64,000 nucleotides of DNA, taken from the NCBI RefSeq assembly GCF_006345805.1, contig NC_043006.1:46252001-46316000 (forward strand), written 5' to 3'. The notes under the pieces are model-generated. The model made no database searches. It saw only the letters and a list, made by a program, of their open reading frames with translations, and was not told where the DNA came from. The position numbers and the translations under genes were made by a program. This document shows positions 26,000-41,493 of this stretch, piece after piece (the stretch's first letter is position 1; each line of letters begins with the position of its first letter). Source of the stretch: Octopus sinensis (Eukaryota).

Positions 26000-27620
26000 T
26001 CTATGTGATAATTTTGCTGCGGAGGGTAGTGATTTTTAAGAGCATTCTTGTCGACCTGCAGCACAGGAACGCCAATTCTAAATATAAGGACAAGGTGATC
26101 ATCATCACAGTATTAGACACATCGGAAATCAAAGTGGTAAACACAATTCTAAAGGAGTTTGAGAAGGTAACGGGAATACATATTAAGCGTAACAAGTCAG
26201 TGAGCTTGTAACTAGGCATCGAGAGGAGTAATTCCATAGGTAAATGTGGCTTGTGCCGCAGGACCAACGACGAGATTGAGGTATTTAAATCTGGTTGATA
26301 GCAAACCTCCACGTATATAAGTATTGGGATACAGTCTTGTGAAGGGAGGTTGAGCAGTGTAAATAAGGGCTGAGAGGTCAGGCGGAAATATTTAGCATCA
26401 AGTGGAGCAGCCTTACTATGAAAGCCTGAGAAGTCGGACGAACGTAGCTAACATCTGAACCATTGCGGTGGTATATTGGGTTGTCCGGAAAGTTCATGCC
26501 GATTTTTAAAGGAAAGAAAAAGGACAATAAATACATGCCATTACAGTTTTAATCAACCAAATATAAACCATTTTGTTGCACAATGCATCTCCATCTTTCC
26601 TTTAACTTGAAAATACCATCTTCCCAGAATTGAGGTGGTTTCATGACAAAGAAATTCATCAAGGTATATTTTTACGTCATCCAAGGAACTGAAATTTTAC
26701 CATTCTGCAGAGACCTGAATAAGTGGAAATCCGAAGGAGCAATATCTGGTGAATATGGAGGGTGGGGTAACACATCCCAGCCAAGCTGCAGCAATTTTTG
26801 TCTGGTTCCCAAATGAGCTTTCTTATCTTCCATTTTAAATGTTTACAGGAACATAAATCGTCTTCCACGAAAAGATAGCTTAAGCTGTGCTCTAAATGGA
26901 GGTGTAGTCAAATCCTATTTTATGGACTCAACCATGTTCTAAAAAACATTGAAAGGTAAGCTACTATAAATTGGCATGAACGTTCCAGACAACCCAATAC
27001 GTCCGCCTAATCATCCTGTTTAACTCAACTAAACATCTTACAAGAATGTAATGTATGTTCTTTATTTCTTGCAGAAAAATTTGGTTCCACTGGTCGAGAA
27101 CATCATTCGCTGCAAATAACTGTTTTAGGAATTTTGGGTTGTCGTGGCTAATCTTGCTAAAGTGCACACAGAAGCAACTTTAGAGAATCATCAATGATGA
27201 AGATCCTGAAAGATTTGGCCATCGTTTGTTTGACAAGATTTAACTCTTTGAGAGAGGAACAGTCATGAGTTGAAAAGCAAGTTCTCATATTAAGATAAAC
27301 AGTGCATGACCTTGCAGGTGGGCCCCAGTTAGAATTTTCTTCAGGTCGAGTAACCCATCTTGCTCAGAGGTCCCTGAATAAGGGTTGTTTCAGGATGTTG
27401 AAAGAGACATCCATGTTTCCAAAAGTGAATTATCCAAACCTTAAAGAATCCCTCTCAACACATGGCTATGATGCCCCCCTCCCCACTACTTCTGCTCGTG
27501 ATCAGAGATACGCATATAGTCAGTCACTAATGAACATGCTCAACTGGTTAAGTTCAAATAACTGACAAGCAAATCTGTGGTATTGAGCAGAATAATAACT
27601 AGCCCACCTTTTTATACCAA
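26000..27620 (+). mobile_element. Tx1/L1-clade LINE ORF2 fragment, split by the mariner
   Basis: KVIIITVLDTSEIKVVNTILKEFEKVTGIHIKRNKSVSL resembles the region after YADD. Similarity resumes after 26999 (VYVRLIIL...VPLVENIIRC). Confidence 0.6.
26476..26997 (-). mobile_element. Internally deleted mariner transposon (522 bp)
   Basis: ~30-bp TIRs (ttgggttgtccggaaagttcatgccgattt / aaattggcatgaacgttccagacaacccaa) with TA on both sides. Transposase remnant reads LGWDVLPHPPYSPDIAPSDFHLFRSLQN. Confidence 0.9.
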
Positions 27621-27634
27621 GCCAAAACAATGTA

Positions 27635-28975
<1,341 letters not shown>

Positions 28976-29245
28976 ATGGATTCGAATGAAACTTTCAGGA
29001 ATGATTGGCCTCGTGACTGGCAGGAAGTGATTAGATTTTGGGATCGATCCGGTACTGGACAAGGATTCTGGATTATTTTTCCTGTTTTTTTTTAAATTTA
29101 ATTTTTGAGAGTGGTCGGGTTCATTTTAGTATTCTCGTTTGTGAGAGCAATCGAGTTTATTTCAGATATGCTCATTTTAAAAACCATCTCTGGCTAATCG
29201 TTGCGAGTACGTTGGCGGAGGTTTGTGCTCTCTGAGTGCTCTTGT
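28976..29245 (-). mobile_element. Non-autonomous element remnant, Helitron/HINE-like (assignment tentative)
   Basis: caacaagagcactcagagagcacaaacctccgcc...ccaaaatctaatcacttcc...aaagtttcattcgaatc. This is similarity to a widespread repeat recalled from memory only. Confidence 0.35.
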
Positions 29246-29294
29246 TGTTCTTGTTATTATTATCATTATTATTATTGTTATTATTATTATTATT

Positions 29295-29470
29295 GCTAGC
29301 AGAATCTTTAGTACGCCGGGCAAAATGCATAGCAGTTCAAATCCTGCTGAGGTCGATTTTGCCTTTCATCCTCCTGAGATCAATAAAATAAACACCATTT
29401 GAACGCTGAGGTCGATGCAAACTACTTATCTCGTACTCCGAAATTGCTGGTCTTGTGCCAGAATTTGAAA
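29295..29470 (+). mobile_element. SINE A, degraded
   Basis: gttcaaatcctgctgaggtcgattttgcctttcatcc. Confidence 0.7.
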
Positions 29471-29474
29471 TTAC

Positions 29475-29531
<57 letters not shown>

Positions 29532-29769
29532 CATCATCATCAATATTATTATTATTATATTATTATTATTATTATTATTATTATTTGTTTTTGTTGCTAT
29601 TATTTTTATTCTTGTCGATATACTTGTTTCTGCAGAGAATGTTAATGGTGATGATGATGATGATGATGATGATATTTGGAGCTACTGTTGATAGCACTGT
29701 TGAAACAACTTAAGCTGCAACAATACCTGTAACAACGTTAACAAATATATTTTGTGAGGGTAACATCGC

Positions 29770-30425
29770 AGTAGTAGTAGTAGTAGTAGTGGTAGTAGTA
29801 GTAGTAGTAATAGTAGTAGTAGTAGTAATAGTAGTAGAGGAAGAAGAAGCAGGAGTAGTAGGAGAATAAGATGGAGAAGAAAGAAGAAGAAGAAAAAGAA
29901 GACGAAGAAGAAGAAAAAGAAGAAGACGAAGAAGATGATGATGATGGTGATGATTAAGATGAAGATGAAAAAGTGAAAGAAGAGAAAGAGGAGAAGAAGA
30001 AGAAAATGAAGAAGAAAAAAAGAGGAAAAAGTAGAAAAAGAGAAAGGAGATGATTAAGATGAATATGAAAAGGAGAAAGAAGAGGGAGGAGAAGGTGAAG
30101 AAGAAAATGAAGAAGAAAAAAGAAGAAGATAAAGAAGACGAAGAAAAAAGAAAGAAGATGAAAAAGAGGAAGAAGGAGGAGGAGAAGATAAAAAGAGAAA
30201 GAAGGAGGAGAACAAAAAATGAAGAAGAAAATGAAGATAAAGAAGAAAAAGAGAAAGAAGGAGATGAAAAAGAGAAAGGAGAAGGAGGAGGAGAAGGAGA
30301 AGGTGAAGAAGAAGAAGGGGAAATAGTAGTAGTAGTAGTAGTAGTAGTAGTAATAGTAGTAGAAGAAGAAGAAGAAGAAGAAGAAGAAGAAGAAGAAGAA
30401 GAAAAAGAAGAAGAAGAAGAATGAT
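29770..30425. repeat. (AGT)n plus long GAA/GGA purine-rich low-complexity tract
   Basis: Seen directly. Confidence 0.95.
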
Positions 30426-30659
30426 AATGAAGAAAGAGATGTGGAAGCAGATTTGTAAGGTGATGTGGTAATTGTTAGCTAAGAAGAAGAAAAAACAGAA
30501 ATCTATTTCATGACAATATAGTATTGTAAATCCGATGGGTAATAGAGAATGATGTTTTTTAAAATTGGAATTGTTGACAGAAGAGAGTTTTATGATGAGA
30601 AGGGGGAAATAACTTACTCATAAATTAAAACACAAAACACAAAATTGGAAACAGCAACA

Positions 30660-30793
30660 GATATATGCGTATATATGTCTATACATACGTATATACATAT
30701 ATACATACTTACATACATGCATGCATGAATACATATATACATGTGTACATATCTCTACATATACGTATGCATCTATAAATATATACATGCATG

Positions 30794-30827
<34 letters not shown>

Positions 30828-31000
30828 GATAGATAGATATATAAATGCACATATATATGAATACGTATATATGATTATATATGTATATATTGTACAGATA
30901 TAAATGTATTATATATATGCATTTATATACATACATATATATACATATAAATACATACACACACATTATATATATATATATATACATATTTATATACATA

Positions 31001-31080
<80 letters not shown>

Positions 31081-31200
31081 GCATTTATACACACATATCT
31101 GCACACATATAATTCATATACACACACATATATACACATATATATACACACACATATACAAATCTATATATATATATATATATGTACATTTATAAACGAA
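30660..31200. repeat. (TA)n/(TACA)n tract
   Basis: Seen directly. Confidence 0.95.
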
Positions 31201-31544
31201 TATGTATAGATACGTAAGTATTTCTGTGTCTATAAAACATGTAAGAAAAAACAAAACAAAAACACAATACTAATAAAATAATCTCTAGCGCTTAGTGAAA
31301 TGAACCTGCCCAGAGTTTTATTACATCAGTAATCAATAGCTATAACATAAATTACACAATGCACACCTTGCTTTTTGTTTCCTCTGAGATGTAACGATAG
31401 GAAATCCTGAATGATGGCGTGGTCCATGGTAGCAGTAATGATGATTGGCGCCTAACGTTGAAGCTGCTGCTGCTGCTGGGAATGATGGCTGTAAATTTTG
31501 TTGAACGATTACGTTATTACTTATCTCAATGCCACTCCTGTTTG

Positions 31545-32870
31545 AAGTTGAAGAAATCTGTTATCAAAGCCGTGAGGATATTTGCGTGAGTGGAACAGAA
31601 CATGGCGCGACTCTTAGGCTGGAATAGATGACGAATGCAATGAAAGCGTTTATTATAGCCAACAAATCTTCGACGGATAGCTGCCTCACGGAGCTTTCCT
31701 TTATGAGACCCACCACCTTGCTCGTCTTCTCGCTCCAGTTCTTATCCACTTGGAGATCTGGATCAAACCAGACCACAAACAATTTAAGAAACGCTGTTAT
31801 ATGCTATGGTCTTTTACTTGTAAGTTTTTTCTCATGTCACTGTTTCGTATTCCCTCTGAGAATGTGAATCATTTCAATGTATTTGATATCTGACACCATT
31901 TCCATGATATCAATCACATATGCTGACATAACTCTCCATCATCTTGAGGTACGCGGAATACCTCTCGAAATCTCCAGCTTCTGCAGTAGTGACCCAATCA
32001 CTACAGCGTTCAGCAAGGTCACAGGGGAAAACTTGAACGGACCAAGCGTCTGATGTTGAACAATTCCGTAAGATAGCTATTCATTCTGACTAACGAGCAG
32101 ATGTCGATGAAGATTGCAGCGATGCTCTCTCTTTGACGGCACTGAAAGCAGCCGTGGTGAGGACAGCAGCAAATCTATCGCAGTCAAACGTATTGAAAGC
32201 TTTCGACTCATCTAAATTGACTAAGGTCTCAATCATGCCAGGCTTTATAGCCAACCTTCCTACAAGGTATTACGTGAGGTTAAGAAGCAGTAGAATATAT
32301 GTTTTAGAAGATCAGTGACTGTGTGTCACTTGTTCTCTATATATTGCTAGCTAGAGTGAACTACTACTATCTCTAGCGGACGAGACTCCACCACCGAGGT
32401 TACGACATAGAGGTCGAAACTGTACTGTCTGGTGGATTCGCGGACGGGAGATGGTAGAGGTTCACTCTCTTGCTTCTAATATATATTGGGCGCAGATTGC
32501 ATCGAATAACCAGCTGTCCTGATGGGGTTAAAAATAGCAGTAACGTCGGTTCCAGCGGAACAGCCATGCTTAAGTGTTTATAAGTATTACTTCGCAGTAT
32601 AGTTACTGCTTCCATCCACTATAGCGATTGCTAATTGGTGACTTGATGTCGATATATTGCCAGTTAGAGCAAACTATTGCTATCTCTAGAGGACGTGTAT
32701 CAAGCGCCGAGGATGAACACAAAGAGGTCTAAATCGGACGGTCTAATGGTCTCGTAGCTGGAAGATTCACTCTCTTGTCTGTAATATATATCGGGTGCAG
32801 ATTGCATCGAATAACCAGCTGTCCTCCAGGGATAAAAAACAGCAGTAACAGCCATGTTTGATTGGCGATA
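31545..32870 (-). mobile_element. Tx1/L1-clade LINE fragment (RT core, putative EN piece duplicated)
   Basis: LVNLDESKAFN (RT motif) and VWFDPDLQVDKNWSEKTSKVV...FVIYSSLRVAPC. Two ~300-bp tandem copies lie at 32340-32870. Confidence 0.75.
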
Positions 32871-32877
32871 AGCATCA

Positions 32878-32943
<66 letters not shown>

Positions 32944-32959
32944 TATATATATATACATA

Positions 32960-33126
32960 TATACGACCGGCTTCTTTCAGTTTCCGTCTACTAAATCCAC
33001 TCACAAGGCTTTGGTCGGCCCGAGGTTATAGCAGAAGACACATGCCCAAGGTGCCACGCTGTGGGACTGAACCCGGAACCATGTGATTGGTTAGCAAGGT
33101 ACTTACCACATAGCCACTCCTGCGCC
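32960..33126 (-). mobile_element. SINE B 5' half
   Basis: Head and CORE-like domain up to the microsatellite. Confidence 0.85.
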
Positions 33127-33312
33127 TGAAAACCCCACTGGAATGGGAAAAAGCGCTAATAATCTGAATGATATGATCATAATCTGAATGATATGATATA
33201 TATATGTAAAAAAATGTAATATATAAATAAATATCTATAAGCATGAACCATCCGATCTTCTGATTACCTCATTTCTTCTAATATATAATACCTGTACATC
33301 ATCTCCAAACCT

Positions 33313-33393
<81 letters not shown>

Positions 33394-33601
33394 TAATATC
33401 AGAGTAATAAAAATTTTAGAAATTTTTGCTACCAGTATGGAAAAATACGTTAATAGACTATATATTATTCATATAAAGATATCTTATGGTACAGGAATAG
33501 TATTTAACTGCTATTTCTAAATGTGGGTATGTGGTGAAGCAATTTGCTGAACCCTAATTATAATTATGCTCATAATTATGAAATTTGTATATATATATAT
33601 A

Positions 33602-33644
<43 letters not shown>

Positions 33645-33737
33645 TCAAAATGTGACCATTCAAAATGTGACCGCGTGTGTACCGTTGGTGATTTTTTTTC
33701 CTACGTCTTCCCTTCTCTGGATCTTTCCTTTTCCTAT

Positions 33738-33772
33738 GTTTCTGACGAAGAGCTCCGCTCGAAACGTTAAAC
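33738..33772 (+). ncRNA. Minimal type-I hammerhead ribozyme motif, intact core (family H2)
   Basis: Reads GUUU-CUGACGA-A-GAGC(ucc)GCUC-GAAA-CGUU-AAAC. Stem I GUUU/AAAC, stem II GAGC/GCUC, palindromic ACGU stem III. Confidence 0.75.
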
Positions 33773-33871
33773 CCTCCTTCTTCCCTTCCTTCCTGAGCGT
33801 CCAATAATACTATATTTGTTCCACGTCCTCGCGTTGTTGTGTTTTCTCTGTGTTTTCAAGTTTGGATTAAC

Positions 33872-33902
<31 letters not shown>

Positions 33903-33913
33903 CTATATATATA

Positions 33914-33976
<63 letters not shown>

Positions 33977-34006
33977 GTGTGTGTGTGTATGTATATATAT
34001 GTATGT

Positions 34007-34039
<33 letters not shown>

Positions 34040-35197
34040 ATATATATATACATATACATATACATATATTTGTACACAGACACATACACGCAAATGACTA
34101 TATAAATACTGTATTACATGCGAATATAGTAACTATATATGTATTTATGTATTGCAGAAACTGACCAGTGAAGGAACAATTCAGTGAGCGGGACAATGTG
34201 GCTGTTACAGTGTAATCTAACACAACTATTAAACAATGACTATTGACAGAAGAACAAGCTATATTGAAAGAAACCTTTGTAAGGGACATTCTCATTTTAC
34301 CAACGGAACGGATAGTATTACATCCGTCTGTTGATCAGGGACATTATACGATTAATGCCTCGATTATATATCAGTGCTGAAGAAGAAAATCGTCTGAACA
34401 TACTTAACATATCTATTGTGGATAGCAAGCCTACTGGAATTAGTGTCATTGATTTTCTTCGCTGAAGAATTGCTGTAGGTCAGGAAGTAGAATCTTGTAG
34501 CATTGAAGAAGATAATGAATTACTATATAAGCTACCCAAATGAATTTAGCTAGAACATCAATTTAGAAGACAACATTTAAGCAAGACAAGTTCCATCATT
34601 TACATAAATCTCATTGTATCGTATTGGTTTTGTTATTTTTCTTATTCTTCATGAAACTGTTGCAGTTAGCCTTTCAGGTATTTCTGTTTGTTTTCTTTCT
34701 TATTTTCGAATATCTTTGATTTTCAATGTAACTTTCCGCGTGATTTCAAGCAAATCTCAACCGGATAGCTTGTCTTTTATTCTATGGAGATAAAATGCCA
34801 TAGCAGTATATAACCCTGTTGATAGACTATTGTGCAACATCTCTTCGTCTAGTTAACTTAGATCCTGATGTTGGCTTGATGCTCTGAGGAGTTATTGCGA
34901 AACCAAGTAACAACAAATGGCTCAGCGTACACAAACGAAATTTGGTACTGGTGAGGAAAACAAAAGTTCGACAGTAATAAGCATAAAGATCAGAATAGGA
35001 TTACTGAGGCTTACTTTAAATTTGCGAAGTAAATCAAATAATTTCCTTTGGAAAGCTATTCGTGATAGACTAGCATTTTAACATTTGAGTTATGTTTTAA
35101 AATCTCCCTTACATTACATATCAGAATTAAATATCACTTAAGTGAAACCCCATAATGCAGTAAGAAGAATATAATAAAACATTTGCATTACATTAGC

Positions 35198-35520
35198 TGG
35201 TACTCCGTCAGTAACGATGAAGAGAGCTCCAATTGATCCGAGCAATGGAAAAGCCTGTTCGGGAAATTAAAGTGCGAATGGCTGAGTCAGCTATAGACAC
35301 ACATACATACACTTAACGTAGATCTGAGGGAAATTCAGTGTGATACAGAATGCAACAGAGCTGGCCCTTTCAAATGCACTCACTACTCATTAAATAGTAA
35401 TTGGACTGGAGCAATGTAAAATAAAGTGTCTTGCTGAAGAACACAGCGAATTGCAAGGAATTAGACTCATGACCTTAATATCGTAAGCCGAACACCTTAA
35501 ACACTAAGCCCCGCATTTTC
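35198..35520 (-). mobile_element. SINE C, tail variant 2
   Basis: Head ggcttagtgttta...; CORE-like cagcaagacactttattt; tail ends tactgacggagtacc. Confidence 0.7.
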
Positions 35521-35693
35521 ACTCGTCCGCTCATATGTTTGGCAGCAATATCCATAAGTTGTCGATTTGTAACTAGAAATATTACTATGTCGGGTTTTGA
35601 TACTAAAATGGAAACTGAAAAAAAAAAGAGGGAGAAATAAATCCTATGAGGAGACGTGGAGAATCGAATTATAAGCTTACAGTATTGATCGAA

Positions 35694-36051
35694 CGACTCC
35701 GTCGGTCACAAATGACCATGGGTGCACCTAAGAGGTTCTCCCCTGCGGGATACAAGTCTGGGTGGAAAATCGCTTCACCGGCGAACGGACAACCTAGGGA
35801 TGTTTTTATGGAAGACCAGTAGACGCCCTTGCATACCAGCCTTCGCTCACCGATGTTTTCCGACGGAAAGGCAAAGGCCGATACAGCTTGGCACCAGTTA
35901 CACCACAACTCATTTCTACAGTTGAATGAACTGGAGCAACGTGAAATAGAGTGCCTTGTTCAAGGACACAACACGCAGCCCGGTCCGGGAATCGAACTCA
36001 CAACCACACGTTCGTGAGCTCGACGCTCTAACTACTGAGCCACGCGCCTTC
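35694..36051 (-). mobile_element. SINE C, tail variant 3
   Basis: gaaggcgcgtggctcagtagtt...gagttcgattccc; tail ends gtgaccgacggagtc. Confidence 0.8.
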
Positions 36052-36353
36052 ACCCAATATTGATCACTCCTTATATATTCTTGATATCCAAAATAACACG
36101 ATTGTTGGCAGTGTCTTAACAGAGGAGAAATAAACTGTGAAAAACATGTAAATATCAGTTCATAGAAAGGGAAATGGGAGGAGGAAAAAAACTAAGAAAA
36201 AAAAAAGACGTGTCATAATTTTAATGTTAAAAACATAATTTCCTTTGACAGTAACTTCGCCTCAGATTCATTTAATGCTTTGTGATTTAGAGCAACAGAT
36301 CTATTCCTGAGACTCGGACTAAGCATCCGTCACTTAGACGGTGATCTTATTAA

Positions 36354-36573
36354 GCCTTTAGTGTTTAAACCAGCCATATCAGGCCAAAATTATCTTCCTG
36401 TTTTATGCTCAAACTAGCCAGCTCTGACCTCTCACACCTACCCTACAAAATCATTCTAAAAATAAACAGGCACATCATCAAAATCTCAGAGTTACAAGAT
36501 GCTGTACAATTAATTTAAAACAGTATAATTAAACAGGCTTTACATTTGACAGAGTAATCTGAATGCTAAAGGG
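36354..36573. mobile_element. piggyBac-like MITE (220 bp)
   Basis: TTAA on both sides (36350-36353 and 36574-36577). Termini gcctttagtgtt / aatgctaaaggg. Confidence 0.65.
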
Positions 36574-37111
36574 TTAAATATTACTCTTTGTCAGATAATA
36601 TCTAATGCAATAGGTAGTGTAGTCATATGGTATTCGATTTATATTTAGTTAAAATGCTCTCATTGGGACTGTCTCTCAAATTTCTGTTTATAATATTTAA
36701 TACTTTACAGGAACTTATGAAATGAACTTATGAAACGAAGAAACAGTTTTTCAGCAAGTATAGTAAAGGCTAGGCTTAACTAAAATGAATTTATAAGTTC
36801 TATCAGGTGTTGTCACCTACATGAAATAAATAAATTGAAATATTATTAAGCTTTAATCAATTAAATATTACAAATTAGTTTATATTTGCTACATTGAATA
36901 TGATAACTACTTTAGTTAATATATGTTTTTCGGGCGGACGATATCAGCGAGTGATTAACTCTAGTGATTTCCTTTTGTTAATCAAGGGAGTGTGTGGTAC
37001 GTGATAGTAAGTGGTCCTCAATTACAGAGGGCATTGGCTAATTAAACATCTACCTTTTAAGGAGTGGAGTTGAATGTAAGCCTTCTGGTTCCCATTGTTA
37101 TCCTAATCAAA

Positions 37112-37337
37112 GGTGGCGAGCTGGCAGAAATGTTAGCATGCCGGGCGAAATGCACAGCGGGATTTCGTCTGTCTTTACGTCCTGAGTTCAAATTCCGCCG
37201 AGATCGACTTTGTTTTTCATCCTTTCGGCGTCGATAATTTAAGTACCAGTTGCGTACTGAGGTCTGTCTAATGGACTCCGCACCCCTGCCCGACAAGAAA
37301 AAAAATTTGGGCCTTGTGCCTAGAGTAGAAAAGATTA
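37112..37337 (+). mobile_element. SINE A full copy with 14-bp TSD
   Basis: TSD ttatcctaatcaaa at 37098-37111 and 37338-37351. Confidence 0.9.
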
Positions 37338-39709
37338 TTATCCTAATCAAACCCACAAAAGGAGTTTATCGCTTAAAACACTAATGCATTTTTAAAAAGG
37401 ATATCGTTGCTTCAAGAGGCGAGTTGCTTCTAAACTTACGCTAAATATATTGAGTCAGAGTTTTCTGCGTTTGGAGTATCTGAATAATTTTCACCGATCT
37501 TTTCCAACCACCTCGGTTAACATCTTAACATCATTGAGTCAGTTTCTCCTGGATCATTCTTTCCTATTATCTTCCATTTCTGTAAATTTTATGGCATATG
37601 TAAATGACATGTTCCTTTTACATATTTGACCGTGTCACTGGTTATTTTTCTTCGCTTTGCTATCTTTTTCATTTCCCTTCCAAATCCATTAAATTATTTA
37701 AAAACTACTTGGGTTGTCCGATAGTCCTTCTATGTAAAGTCAAGTATTGTTTAGAAACAGCGTTTCGAATGCAGACAATAAAGTACTGGTGACATAGAAA
37801 ATATCATTGGACATAGTTATTCTATAGAACTGAGGACCAAAGTTTTCATGTCTCATTCAAATTGTTTGATACTTACCCCAGACAATATCACTAGCAATAT
37901 ATAGTTAGCTATTATATAAAGCAATATCAATCATGATATATGATTTGATTTTAAATATATAAGTAGAGATATAAAATTTGATATTATATACTGCAATATG
38001 GCCGGCCATATATAATTTGATATTAATTGCGACAATATCAAACAGGAGTTCGGTTTTATATCATTTGAAGCTATGTAATTAGTAATTCGTTATTTGCAAT
38101 CTTTGGCGACAATAGATTGAACTTATGATGTAAGGTTTCTTCATTCTCCTCATTGATGTATAATTTGATATTTACAAATATCTACAATGATATAGGGAAT
38201 CTCTAGAATAGGCGCTAAGCCAGTTTGGGGGTTTGTAGAAGTGGTGTAGTCAGTTGGAACGTTCTTCATTATAAAAATCGTCCGTAATTTAGCACCGGAA
38301 CACAGATTTGGTAGGAGGTGTGGATGGTTCGCTGGTGTATACCGTATTTATCCTGGAAGAATGAAAGCCAAAATAATATTGAGTTGTATTTGAACTTCAA
38401 ATGTTAAGAGGTGAGACTAAATAACGTAAAGCATTGTCAATATTTGGTACAAAAGAAATATTTTCCAACAACCTGATGTTGTAAAAGAAAGTTTGGTCAT
38501 CAATTCTATTGAAGATTTGTTCACCTCATTTTATTATATTTACAATTTAAAGCAAATGATTCATGTTTCGATATCGATTTTTAAAATCTTTTGTTTGAAT
38601 TGGTGGATGGATGAAGATTATCTTTCATTTATTACCTGATTCAATGAGAGCGGGGACGTGACACGGGGAAGTTCATAAATATACCGAATGCTGAATCTCT
38701 TTCCTACTCTGGGCGTTACACTCTGTTTTAAAATTCTTTCAACAATAGACGACTATAGAAATTTATAGGATTTTCTTTTGAGAAAATATCAAAATATTGA
38801 CTAACATTCCCTATACATTCTAAATTCTGAAAGAAAACCAGGTGTTAACATCCGGTGTTTCACACACAATAATTATATTTGTTTCTTTGTCTTGTTTTTT
38901 TTTCAATGCAACAGACTCTAACTTACCAATGACATTCATACTAATCACAAATGAACAAATATTATTGTTGTTCTCTTACGATAACTTTTATGTCATGCAT
39001 ATAAAACATTATTATTTCTACAATCCCCAATATGTCTCCATGTATTCGTATTTTTTCCAGCAAATATCCATTATATTTGCATAGATTTTGAATAGAATCT
39101 AACCAATCACACAGTATAATGGAAATAAAAATTCTCCTTAGACCATGCTTGTGTTAATTCCAAATATTTGTTTTGTTACAGAGCAAGTATTATTGGTTTC
39201 AAAGAACCATATCCAGCAATATAATTATTGGTATCGTAATGAAATCTAGAATGTTCTCTCATATAAATGCAAACAGTTGGGTATTCAAAAATTCATGAGT
39301 CTTTTTGAAATTAAAGGTATTGACGTTGTCTAATGTATAGCAATATTCAGTAGAGAATTTTACAGTTATAGCTATGATATAAAATATATATCAAGCCAGT
39401 TGGGATAGTGTATATATGCATAGGTGTAGGAAAGTGCATACGTTAGCGGTATCTATATGTGTGCGTAAAATGTTTTCAAAAGCACGTGTCTGTGTATATT
39501 TATGGAAGGGTGTATTTTTGTATGTGAAAAAGTGTAAAAAGGAGTGTTCGCTCGTGTTTATATTTAACTGTAAATATTTGTCTAACAGACGTTTACAAAG
39601 TCTATATATGTGTGTATGTATGTATGTGTATGGATATCTGTGTTAACAATGTTTATAGTTACATAGGTACACTCTTAATGTTCCAAATCATATGTTCACA
39701 CCTAATGCC

Positions 39710-40100
<391 letters not shown>

Positions 40101-40940
40101 GCTTGTAAATAATGCATGCGATGCTATTGTTATTGGTCTATGTAAATTTCTGATTGTTATAGCTTTCGGGTAGCTGTGAATGTATTCGCAGTTTGTGAGT
40201 AGTATGGTGGTGAATCACAAAGCGGAATGGTATTTGTGTAAATGATGTTTGTCGGTTAATAGACTCACACAGCATTTATACAGCAACCGGTGGTATCCGT
40301 GTAGAGTTACTGAAAGTGAATCGGTATGCTTTGAATATTTTTGCGTAAACGATGTTTAAATTGAACAGCGAAGTAAACCGTGTGAGTTGAGCGTTCTAGA
40401 GAAAGCAGTAGATAAGCAAAGGGCTGTGGAACAAGTGTTAAAAGTATAGATTATCGTATAGCCTGTGGCAGGTAAGCATAGTGTGTATACTGTACACCTT
40501 ATGTGTATATGCATAGACTGCTGCACAGTATAAGGTATGTGATCATATACCATGCTCCCGTTGTCAAATGATGATGTTGGCTAGTATCTCGTGTATAATT
40601 AGAGGATTACACAGACTGTGATATATAGAGAAATGCCGCATAGGACATGATGTAATGTTAGAGCTTTATACTTTATTCGTTTATAAGTGAATGCCTTAGT
40701 GTAAACCTGGTATGACTACAGCCTCTTACAGTAGTTGGCATATGAATATAATGTAGAAAAAATTGTATATGCATAGAATTCTATACATTTAGACTGCATA
40801 AAATTCGCCTGTCTGTGAGACAGAATGCCTTAATTCGAGAATGTCTGGAGATACAGCCAAGATATCTGGAGATACAGCCAAGCGTTGCTTTTATTTTGAG
40901 GGTAAACATAAATAAGCATGTTTAAAAGATCTCTCTCTTA

Positions 40941-41473
40941 TCTACTCTAGGCACAAGGCCCAATTTTTGGGGAAGGAGGCCAGTCGATTAGATCTACACC
41001 AGAACGCAGCTGGTACTTAATTTGTCGACCTCGAAACGATGAAAGGCAAAGCTGACCTCGGCGCAATTTGAACTCATCACGTAAAGCTGACCTAATACCT
41101 ATTTCTTTACTATCCCACAAGGGGCTAAACACAGAGGAGACAAACAAAGACAGACATACGGATTAAGTAGTCGATTATATCGACCCCAGTGAGTAACTGG
41201 TGCTTAATTTATCGACCCCGAAAGGATGAAAGGCAAAGTCAACCTCGGCGGAATTTGAACTCAGAACGTAACGGCAGACGAAATACCTATTTCTTTATTA
41301 CCCACAAAGGGCTAAACAGAGGGGACAAACAAGGACAGACAAACGGATTAAGTCGATTATATCGACCCCAGTGCGTAAATGGTACTTATTTAATCGACCC
41401 CGAAAGGACGAAAGGCAAAGTCGACCTCAAGCATTTCGCCCGGCGTGCTAACTTTTCTGCCAAGCTCGCCGCC
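40941..41473 (-). mobile_element. SINE A, 3-unit concatemer
   Basis: Three gaaaggcaaag-containing units behind one head. Confidence 0.85.
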
Positions 41474-41493
41474 TTGCATATTAAAACGATCAA

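Noticed and set aside
30050-30424. 124-aa Lys/Glu-rich ORF
   Set aside because: Lies wholly in a GAA low-complexity tract, with no splice or homology support.
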